This document shows, in pieces, positions 11,111 through 19,278 of a DNA stretch of 32,000 bases (the stretch's first letter is position 1; each line of letters begins with the position of its first letter). The position numbers and the translations under genes were made by a program. Origin of the DNA: Candidatus Saccharimonadota bacterium (GTDB lineage Bacteria; Patescibacteriota; Gracilibacteria; BD1-5; UBA6164); contig OZ245922.1 in assembly GCA_965229705.1 (NCBI GenBank), positions 780,001 to 812,000 on the forward strand, written 5' to 3'. The notes beneath the pieces were generated by a model. That model saw only the letters and a program-made list of their open reading frames with translations, searched no databases and was not told where the DNA came from.

Positions 11111-11431
11111 TTATGCTTTTATCTCGACTCCTACCCCACTTGGTATAGATACTCCTTGAAGCATTTCCAAAGTCTTTGCTGTAGGATCTTGTATCTCTAC
11201 CAGTCTTTTATGTCTTCGAATCTCAAACTGTTCTCGAGCATCTTTATGGATGAAAGTAGATCTATTTACTGTTATTTTTTCGACTTTTGTTGGAAGAGGA
11301 ATAGGACCTACAACATGTGCTCATGAATCACGAGCAATTCCAACAATTTTTGCTACAGCATCATCTAAAAGACGATGATCAAATGCTTTTATACTGATTC
11401 GTATCTTTTGTTCTCCTTTTTTTGCAGCCAT
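11111..11431 (-). CDS. rpsJ: 30S ribosomal protein S10
   Basis: [58 protein letters not shown]...HKDAREQFEIRRHKRLVEI. The TGA at 11323-11321 aligns with a conserved Gly. Stop is TAA 11113-11111. Confidence 0.92.
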
Positions 11432-11512
11432 AGAGGGCGAAAAATAAATAATAATAAAATATCGTTTCATTACTTTTCTCAAGGTTTCTTGAGAAAAGTG
11501 TATCAAATGATA

Positions 11513-12709
11513 TTAGGCAAGAATTTTTGCTACAACTCCTGAGCCAACGGTTCTTCCACCTTCACGAATCGCAAATCTGAGACCTTCGTCCATTGCGATA
11601 GGTACTTGAAGATCAACAGTCATTTGGATATTGTCTCCAGGCATAACCATTTCAACTCCTGCAGGAAGCTCAATATCTCCAGTAACATCTGTTGTTCGGA
11701 AGTAAAATTGTGGCTTGTATCCTTTAAAGAATGGAGTATGACGACCACCCTCATCTTTTGTGAGAACATATACTTCACACTCAAATTTTGTATGTGGAGT
11801 AATAGAACCTGGTTTTGCAAGTACTTGTCCTCTTTCTACATCATCTCTTTCTACACCTCGGAGAAGCAGACCTGCATTATCCCCAGCTTCACCTCTTTCA
11901 AGTTGTTTATGGAACATTTCTACTCCCGTACATGTTGTTTTACTTGTTTCTTTTACTCCAACGATCTCAATCTCATCACCAACAGTGATAACTCATTGTT
12001 CAATTTTCCCTGTTACTACCGTTCATCGTCCTTTGATAGAGAATACATCCTCAACTGGCATGAGGAAAGATTTATCAAGGTCTCTCTTCGGAACTGGAAC
12101 AAATTCTTCAATAGCCTTAAAGAGTTCTACAATAGTTTTTGCTCCCCACTCTTTATCCATATCAGTAGGATTTTCAAGTGCAACCAGACCAGATCCTCGA
12201 ATAACTGGAGTATCATCTCCTGGAAAATCATATTTTGAGAGTAACTCACGAATTTCCATTTCAACAAGGTCGAGCATTTCAGCATCATCAACCATGTCAC
12301 ACTTATTGAGGAATACCACAATATATGGAACACCTACCTGTCTTGAGAGCAGGATATGTTCTCGAGTTTGTGCCATTGGTCCGTCAGTTGCAGCACAAAT
12401 AAGAATAGCTGCATCCATCTGAGCCGCACCAGTAATCATGTTTTTTACATAATCGGCATGTCCTGGACAATCTACATGAGCGTAGTGTCGTGACTCTGTT
12501 TCATATTCAACATGTGAAGTATTGATCGTAATACCTCGCTCTCTCTCTTCTGGAGCGTTATCAATAGAAGCAAAATCTCTTACTCCTTCACCACCTCCAT
12601 AAAGAGCGTTAAGTACAGCTGAAATACCAGCTGTTGTCGTTGTTTTCCCATGGTCTACATGACCAATGGTACCAATGTTCATGTGTGCCTTAGATCTATC
12701 AAAAGCCAT
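11513..12709 (-). CDS. tuf: Elongation factor Tu (398 aa)
   Basis: [17 protein letters not shown] and NKCD motifs are present. The two track fragments (12023-12709 and 11513-11917) are bridged by TGA codons at 12025-12023 and 11995-11993, both at invariant Gly positions. The span is 1197 nt and ends at TAA. Confidence 0.97.
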
Positions 12710-12865
12710 AATAATAAAAATAAAAAATTAAAAATAACGCGTGTAAGAATATATAAAAAAACTCTCTAAAATCAATGTTAACTTCTCGCTTTTTTTACCT
12801 TTTTCTCAATTATCCTCAGTGCTCTTCTCAGTTTTCTATGAGCATGTCCTGTCAGTCTTGGCATA

Positions 12866-13075
12866 CTATATTTTGTTAGGATGTATTCCGTATTTTTTGA
12901 GCTTTGCAAAAACTACTGTAAGAGCGTTTTTGAGCCATTTTGTTTCTCCCTCAAACTTTAGGCGTTCTTGGAGTTTTTTGTAGTGGGAAATTGCTTTTCC
13001 TACTTTTGACCCTGTAATAGGACCTTTTTTGTTTACCGAATAATTCAGTCTTCTTGGTCTCTTATTTGCTGGCAT
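12866..13075 (-). CDS. Small basic protein of unknown function (69 aa)
   Basis: Intact ORF MPANKRPRRLNYSVNKKGPITGSKVGKAISHYKKLQERLKFEG... with an AAGG upstream of the ATG. No family is recognised. A 28-codon basic ORF (12778-12864, MPRLTGHAHRKLRRALRIIEKKVKKARS) starts one nt after its TAG stop, but I cannot support that ORF on its own. Confidence 0.45.
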   Translation of the reverse strand: MPANKRPRRLNYSVNKKGPITGSKVGKAISHYKKLQERLKFEGETKWLKNALTVVFAKLKKYGIHPNKI

Positions 13076-13196
13076 ACCTTTACAAGTTTAAAGTTAAAAG
13101 CTGAAAGTTAAAAGCAGGAAAGTAAGAAGCTGAAAGTTTCAATGTCTTCTGATCTTTCACTTTTTCCTTTTTTTAGAAATTGCGAAGCAATTTTTA

Positions 13197-13273
13197 TGGT
13201 GGAGAATACGAGAGTCGAACTCGTGACCTCTCGCGTGCAAGGCGAGCGCTCTAGCCAACTGAGCTAATTCCCC
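13197..13273 (-). tRNA. tRNA-Ala (anticodon TGC), CCA encoded
   Basis: The reverse complement is ggggaattagctcagttggctagagcgctcgccTTGCAcgcgagaggtcacgagttcgactctcgtattctccacca. It has the G3:U70 identity pair, anticodon loop CT-TGC-AC and a canonical T-arm. Confidence 0.92.
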
Positions 13274-13278
13274 TTAAA

Positions 13279-13300
13279 TGGCGGGAACAACGGGACTCGG
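13279..13300 (-). pseudogene. Isolated copy of the 3' end of tRNA-Asp (T-loop 3' part, acceptor 3' strand and CCA)
   Basis: tggcgggaacaacgggactcg (13279-13299) matches tggcgggaacgacgggactcg at 13445-13465 at 20 of 21 positions. No matching 5' acceptor strand or T-stem partner lies nearby. Confidence 0.5.
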
Positions 13301-13444
13301 CAACCTACGGGTCGGCCACTTGTTTTTATTGCTCTTATTCATCGCAATAAAATTTTTCTCTTTGAGAAAAACCCTCTATTCGAGTCCTAGATTAGCAAAG
13401 ATTATTCCTCGCTTCTATTACCCTACTCACTTAGCAAGTTTTCA

Positions 13445-13523
13445 TGGCGGGAACGACGGGACTCGAACCCGCGACCTCCGCAGTGACAGTGCGGCGCTCT
13501 AACCAAAACTGAGCTACGCCCCC
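13445..13523 (-). tRNA. tRNA-Asp (anticodon GTC), CCA encoded
   Basis: The reverse complement is gggggcgtagctcagttttggttagagcgccgcaCTGTCACtgcggaggtcgcgggttcgagtcccgtcgttcccgcca. A cloverleaf is readable, with anticodon loop CT-GTC-AC. Confidence 0.9.
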
Positions 13524-13625
13524 ATTTCAAGCCAAAAACTACGCCTTATTTGAGAATAAAGCGAGGGAATTATATAAAAAAAGTGGTGTATTGCAAATAA
13601 TTTTTTCACAAGCTTTTTTGAACAC

Positions 13626-14567
13626 TTATAATTCCTTCAAATTCCCAATAATCTGGTCTATATCTGTATATCATTTTTTTTCTATATATTCATAAAACTC
13701 TTTTTGGATTCTCTGAAAACACTGGGTATCTTCTTTTCCAAGAACCGTCCCAAGTTGTACGAGAGAAGCTCCTGCTAAAAGATGTTCAAATACATCTACT
13801 CCATTTTTAATTCCTCCACAACCGATAATCTTCATTTTATCCCCCAAGAGTTTGTAAAACATGCGCACATTCGCGAGTGCTACGGGTTTGATATAGTCTC
13901 CTCCAAGTCCTCCAAGTCAACCTTTTGGTTTTATAAGAGGAGACTCTGTTTTTGGATCAATAATCAGCGTATTTCACACTGAGTTTATGCAAGTGATAAA
14001 TGAGATGGAATATTTTTTAAGTATGTCTGCCATCATTTGTGTATGCACTGGATCAAAGTAAGGAGGAAGCTTCAGCCCTATAGGCTTATTACCGGAAATT
14101 GCAAATATCTTTGTGAGAAGTTCATCGGAAGCTTCAAAGTCATAGGCTATCTGTGGTTTTCACACAACATTTGGACATGAGAGGTTGACTTCAAGCACAT
14201 CAACATAGTGGTCGTCTTGAAAATCTTGTACCAGTTGTAAAAAATCCTCATGACAAAATCCTACTATCGAAGCAATAATTGGTTTATGGGGAAATTGCTG
14301 TTTCAGCTCTGCAGCATATTCTCTATATTTCTGATAGCCATGATTGGCAAGACCGATGGAGTTGATACTCCCAAGTTCTACCTCCTTGTATCGAGGTTCA
14401 GGATTTCCTTCTCTTGGTTCTGGAGAGCAAGATTTCATCATAATAGCAGAAGACGATGAGTCTCAAAGGGCTTGGAGTTCTTCAAGAGTTGTACAGCGGG
14501 GACCAGATGAGTTATAAATTATATCTGGAAAGATGATGTTTCCGATGGTTTGAGTAAAAGTTTGCAT
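13626..14567 (-). CDS. pyrD: Dihydroorotate dehydrogenase, class 1 type (313 aa)
   Basis: ATG 14567-14565 gives MQTFTQTIGNIIFPDIIYNSSGPRCTT. Further motifs are SINSIGLANHG, EVNLSCPNV and GGLGGLGGDYIKPVALANV. The frame was checked for 13626-14162. The apparent TGA stop at 13673-13671 is read through (EKK-G-YTDIDQIIGNLKEL) to TAA 13628-13626. Confidence 0.9.
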
Positions 14568-14668
14568 AGTTGTCAGTTATTTATAAAGCTCAGCGTGAGT
14601 TTTTATGTCGATGAGTTACATTTTTTTAAAAATAAATAAATGCTCGTGCATAATCAGTAAAAAATTAT

Positions 14669-14839
14669 TTAATTCAATGTTTCTATTTCTAAAGTTGGAA
14701 CTACCATATACTCGATGTTTGATGTACTTATACCATACTCTTCTGACAAAATAGTTTCAATTTCTTCACACTGTATATTATTTTCTAAATTAACTATTTT
14801 GACTTTGCAGTCAGTAAAATCTAAAATAACTATCTTCAT
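14669..14839 (-). CDS. Small acidic protein of unknown function (56 aa), immediately downstream of the DpnI-like gene
   Basis: ATG 14839-14837 to TAA 14671-14669 gives MKIVILDFTDCKVKIVNLENNIQCEEIETILSEEYGISTSNIEYMVVPTLEIETLN. It begins 18 nt after the DpnI stop and has no recognisable family. Confidence 0.4.
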   Translation of the reverse strand: MKIVILDFTDCKVKIVNLENNIQCEEIETILSEEYGISTSNIEYMVVPTLEIETLN

Positions 14840-14857
14840 ATTATTATTTTCAAACGG

Positions 14858-15631
14858 TTAAAAAACTCTATACTTACCTCTTTCCAAAAATTCTAAATAT
14901 CACTTATCTCTTAATCTTTGTAACTGCTGTCTAATCTTATCTTTTACAAAATTATTACTTGGATATCTATCTTTTAACTCATTTTCAAACTTATAAATAT
15001 CTTGAAGAATAAATTCTTTTTTATCCAATCTTTCAATACATTTCATTATATCAAAAATCCATCATTTTGATTCTTGTTTTTCTTTTTCTAAAAACTTTAT
15101 TCTCTCCCATTCATGTAAAACTTCAGTTTTTGTCTTGTAATATCAATCTTTTATATAGTGTATTTTTCAACTTTCAGGAATTTTGTCAAACATAATATTT
15201 CATCAAGTCCATAGTCTTGTCTTTCAATTTTTCTGCTTCACTTTTGAAGTGTTTCTTTTTTGAATAATTTCAGGTATAAAAAAATATTTAGGTACTACTA
15301 AAAAGTTTTTAATTGTGTAATCTTCTGAGTATTTTAATACAAATAAATGCATAGGATCCTTTGTCATCTGTTTTATCATAATATCATATGCTCATCAAGG
15401 AATAGTTTTTCATAAACTTCCTTTTGAACTTTTTAACTCAAAGTTATCTTTACAGTCTCTACAAAACAAGTCATTTACAGGTTTATCTATTTCGTGTTGA
15501 ATTAGAGCACTTCAACAAGCAGGACAAAAGATATTGTTTGCCGTCCAATACTCTGTTAATATTTTTATTGCCTGTGTTCATCATATTTTTTTTCAATCAG
15601 CAATAGGATGATTTTGTGATAGATAAGGCAT
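14858..15631 (-). CDS. DpnI-family methyl-directed type IIM restriction endonuclease (257 aa)
   Basis: With TGA = Gly the product reads MPYLSQNHPIADGKKIGGTQAIKILTEYWTANNIFCPACGSALIQHEIDKPVNDLFCRDCKDNFELKSSKG...GGAYDIMIKQM...KNFLVVPKYFFIPEIIQKR...KGWIFDIMKCIERLDKKEFILQDIYKFENELKDRYPSNNFVKDKIRQQLQRLRDKGYLEFLERGKYRVF. This is colinear with S. pneumoniae DpnI as I recall it: CPNCG...DFYCNHCSEEFELKSKKG...DGAYATMM, and the C-terminal winged helix KEKIRQQLQILRDK...GRGKYR. Confidence 0.85.
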
Positions 15632-15821
15632 ATATTTTATTGATTATGTTTGTTATTATTATTTATTTCAACAGTATATAGAATCACATCATAAATGTAT
15701 ACCTCCTTAGTATACTCCTAACAATGATTTTTCAAACTCAATAAAATACCATAAACACCTTGTATTTTCCGCTGACAAAAATACACTTGCAACAAGTATA
15801 TTCTCTCACTCCCTCACTCTT

Positions 15822-16748
15822 ATGAAATTTCCTCACAAAAACATCCTCCATACAAAACAATTTTCCAGAAGAGATATAGAACTCATCTGCAATACTGCAA
15901 AAGAAATGGAGAAAATACTCTTATGAGAGAAGTCAGGTCAGTTACTCAACTGAAAAATAATGGCTTCTCTTTTTTATGAACCATCAACCCGAACACGGCT
16001 CAGTTTTGAAACAGCTATGAAACGACTCTGAGGAGAAGTTATCAGCGTCAGTGATAGTACATGAACCAGTCTCTCAAAAGGCGAGTCGCTCGAAGATAAC
16101 GCACTCATTAACTCGATGTATAGTGATATACTCGTTATGCGTCATAGCGAAGCAAGAAGCGTGATGAGAAGCGCTGAAGTAGCAACGGTCCCAGTGATCA
16201 ATGCAGGCGATGGTGCAAATCAGCACCCTACACAAGCACTTCTTGATGTGTACACCATACTGAAAGAAAAAAGAACTCTTGATAACCTTCATATAGTATT
16301 TGTATGAGATCTCAAATACGGACGAACAACCCACTCGCTCGTATTTCTCATGGGGCTATTTAAAAATATCTCATTTACCTTTATATCTCCCGAAGAACTC
16401 AAAATGCCAAAGAAAGTAAGAGATTTTGTAAATGAAAAAAATATTCCCTACAGCGAAACTGATAGCTATAAAGAAGGAATACAAGATGCTGATGTGCTTT
16501 ATGTTACAAGAGTACAAAGAGAAAGATTTACAGATATGAGTGAGTATGACCGCCTGAAAGATGATTTCATCCTCACGCTAGATATTCTCAAAAATGCAAA
16601 AAAAGATATCAGTATCCTTCACCCTCTCCCGAGGGTCAATGAAGTAGATTACCAAGTTGATGAGCTACCAAATGCTGCATTTTTTCGACAAGCATGCAAT
16701 GGTGTTCCTATACGAATGGCGCTCTTATACCTCCTCTTGAAAGACTAA
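15822..16748 (+). CDS. pyrB: Aspartate carbamoyltransferase catalytic subunit (308 aa)
   Basis: Motifs EPSTRTRLSFE, HPTQALLD, GDLKYGRT and HPLPRVNE are present. The span is 927 nt and ends at TAA 16746-16748. Confidence 0.93.
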
Positions 16749-17752
16749 TCAATCTTTACGATACTCCAGGCGAGTGTTTCTCCTGCCTTATATGGAACAA
16801 CATTTCCATATTTTTCTGGCACTATAAAATCTTTTTTTTCCAAGACTACTGTCTTGGTATTTGGTATCAGTCCGTAGTTTGTTACTGCCGTATCTGAAAT
16901 AAACTTTTGTAGGTTTTCTAGTTTGCCATTTTTTTCAAATATCTCTACTAATACCTGAAGAATAATAGGAGCCGTAAACACTCCAGCTGCACATCAGCAA
17001 CACTCTTTTGCATGTTGAGGATGAGGAGCACTATCTGAACCAAAACTCACTTTTGGATGTGCGTTCAATGCCAAATCAAGTAGCGCATCTCTATCCTCGT
17101 ACCTCTTCGCAATAGGCTTACAAAATAGATGAGGTCTCAAAGCTCCTCATGCAAGATCATCAAGCGTGATTTCCAGATGTTGGAGCGTAATAGTAGCATA
17201 AAGATTTGGATACTTATCGAGCGTTTCTGCTGCTGCCTTTGTAGTGATATGTTCCATTACGATTTTGAGTTTTGGAAATTCTCGAGCAATGAGCTCGTAG
17301 TTTGGCATAAAATTTGCCTCTCGATCCATGACAAAATCATTGGTTTCTCCATGTATTGACAGCATCATTCACAAATCCTGCATATCAGAGAAAATCCGCT
17401 TGTTTGTTTCTGAAAGAATATTTGTCACTCATCACTGTGAGTTTGTGGTAATTCCTGCAGGATAAAGCTTTATAGTGGTAACATACTCACGCAATTCTTC
17501 TAATACTTCTCGTGTAAGTCACTCATGAAAAAATACCGTCATCAGTGGCAAGAAATTATCTTTTCCCGTGACTTCCTCTATTCTTTTTTTGTAGGCAAGA
17601 AGATCCCTAATATTCATAACTGGCGGAACAAGGTTTGGCATCACGAGAGCTCCGGAAAAACTTTCGCTTGTAAGTGGGGCAACAAGATCTTTCATATCTC
17701 CGTCACGGAAATGAATGTGCATATCAAGAGGATTATAAATCTGAAACTGCAT
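16745..17752 (-). CDS. pyrC: Dihydroorotase, E. coli-like homodimeric type (335 aa)
   Basis: [45 protein letters not shown] matches the E. coli PyrC N-terminus. Track fragments 17519-17752, 17147-17368 and 16745-16981 lie in one frame. Stop TAG 16747-16745 overlaps the pyrB 3' end by 4 nt. Confidence 0.9.
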
Positions 17753-17768
17753 AGTAAAAAATGATATA

Positions 17769-19181
17769 TTATACTCTCATACTCTTAACCAGACTCTCCC
17801 ACTCATTTTTTGGTTTTGGAGATATCTGTGCTCCCTCTGGAAGACGAGGAAGAGTTCATCTCTCTGCCTTGGGAGTTTCATCATCCCAAAAAAGCTCAAA
17901 AGCCTCTGGGGTATAACAAGAAATGAGCGGAACACCCTCAAACTCATTTTTTCCATACCTATTTCCAACACAAACAATTGCCACGACTTCACCACCCTGA
18001 GACTCTACAAGTTGTTTCATTTTCTTGAGTGTTGATCATTTTGTTACTATATCTTCATCAATAATCACCTTTTTTCACGCCAGAGAAATATCATGACGCT
18101 TGAGAGACATATCATCCCCTTCTTTTTCTGTATATACTGATTCTTCTACAGAGAGTTTTTCTGCAAGCATGAGAGAGAGTCTCACACTTCACATTTGTGC
18201 TCACATAACTAGATCTGCCTCTATTTTCTTTTCCTGTAAGAGACTCGCAAGTTCTCGACAAGCTCTTTCTACAACAGCATAATTTCTCTCTATAGTTCAA
18301 ATATTGATGTAAGCATTACTCAAAGTACCACTTGCAAGACGACAGTATTTTCCTCATTCTGGACGAAAATAAAATACTCCAATATACGAAAGAAGTTCTT
18401 TCCATGTTCCCGTATATAATAATCGCTCAAATTCGTATTTTTTCTGATTTCCACGATACCTTGCATGGCTCACTTCATCAAAAAATCTTTCTACCTGCCT
18501 CTGCATATCTTCTGCCTCTAAAATAGGTCTCCCCATTACTATATCCGTCGAACCATTTTTTAGCGTTTCTGCTGGAGTCAAGACTCGTTGCTGATCATGT
18601 GTATCTTCTCACACAAATCGTACTCCAGGATTTACGATGATCATATCTTCTCCGTATACTTCTCTGAGAACCTCAACTTCAAGAGGGGAACATACGATTC
18701 CATCGGCTCCTGCGTCGAGAGCTATTTTTGCAAGTTTGAGTACTGCATGTTTCGCGCTTTCATCAAACACATTTTGCACCTCCTGCTCTCAGAGAGATGT
18801 GAGCGCTGTAACTGCTAAAATCTTCGTTGTAAGTCAGAGCTTATTTCTTGCTGCAACTCCGGCGCGAATCGCCTCTCACCCACTACTGGCATGAAGCGTC
18901 ACATACTCCGTATCTGCTCAAAGTCATGAGTCTGAAAGTTGCTGAAAGTTATTTACAAGAGTATTCGGGATATCATGCCATTTTGGATCAAGCATCAGTC
19001 TCACACCTGTCCCTTCTATCATATTTTTTATTCCCTCAAGTCCTTTCAAAGTCAGAAGATCATTCACCTTGAATAATATGTTCTCCATATAATTCGTACA
19101 TGTTTGTGAGACTTTTGAAATAATATTCTGAGCCTCTCTCGGTCATAAATTATCTAGGGCAATAATCAGTTTATGTTTCAT
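17769..19181 (-). CDS. pyrFE: Bifunctional OMP decarboxylase / orotate phosphoribosyltransferase fusion (PyrF-PyrE order, 470 aa)
   Basis: ATG 19181-19179 gives MKHKLIIALDNL. PyrF motifs KVNDLL, LDPKWHDIPNT, NPGVRF and IVMGRPI follow. The same frame then continues without any stop through ...EVSHARYRGNQKKYEFERLL... into a PyrE domain (CRLASGTLSNAYINIG, GKKVIIDEDIVTKGSTLKK PRPP-binding loop) and ends at TAA 17771-17769. The span is 1413 nt. Confidence 0.85.
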
Positions 19182-19278
19182 ATTCCATGTTTATGGGAGT
19201 AAATAGTAGTTTTTATAATACATTTCTTATTTTTCTGTGCTTCCATAGTATAATAACTCTCTTATAATAAGAGTCAAA

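Noticed and set aside
11606-12422. Long plus-strand ORFs (210 and 220 aa) in the supplied track.
   Set aside because: They are antisense to tuf and give low-complexity, non-protein-like translations. They are artefacts of the stop-poor antisense frame of a highly expressed gene.
11513-12709. TGA = Trp (code 4, Mycoplasma-like) as the explanation for the in-frame TGAs.
   Set aside because: Where orthologue sequences are known (EF-Tu GRG/ERG, S10, L28 VTGK, ATP-grasp GxGG) the TGA positions correspond to Gly. TGG is used separately for conserved Trp, for example GWENF in ung.
12778-12864. 28-codon very basic ORF (MPRLTGHAHRKLRRALRIIEKKVKKARS) starting 1 nt after the stop of the 69-aa basic protein.
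   Set aside because: It is too short and matches no ribosomal or other small-protein family I can recall, so I cannot separate it from chance. It is mentioned only under the neighbouring feature.
13086-13140. Short repeats considered as a possible CRISPR array or mobile-element end.
   Set aside because: There are only two copies each of 11-12-nt motifs with overlapping, irregular spacing. There is no repeat-spacer architecture and no nearby cas, transposase or integrase genes.
13279-13444. Possible tmRNA or aberrant/intron-containing tRNA ending in the tRNA-like ...cccgttgttcccgcca.
   Set aside because: I could find no complementary 5' acceptor strand (gggaaca), no T-stem partner (acggg) and no tag-like reading frame. 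It is treated as a fragment of tRNA-Asp.
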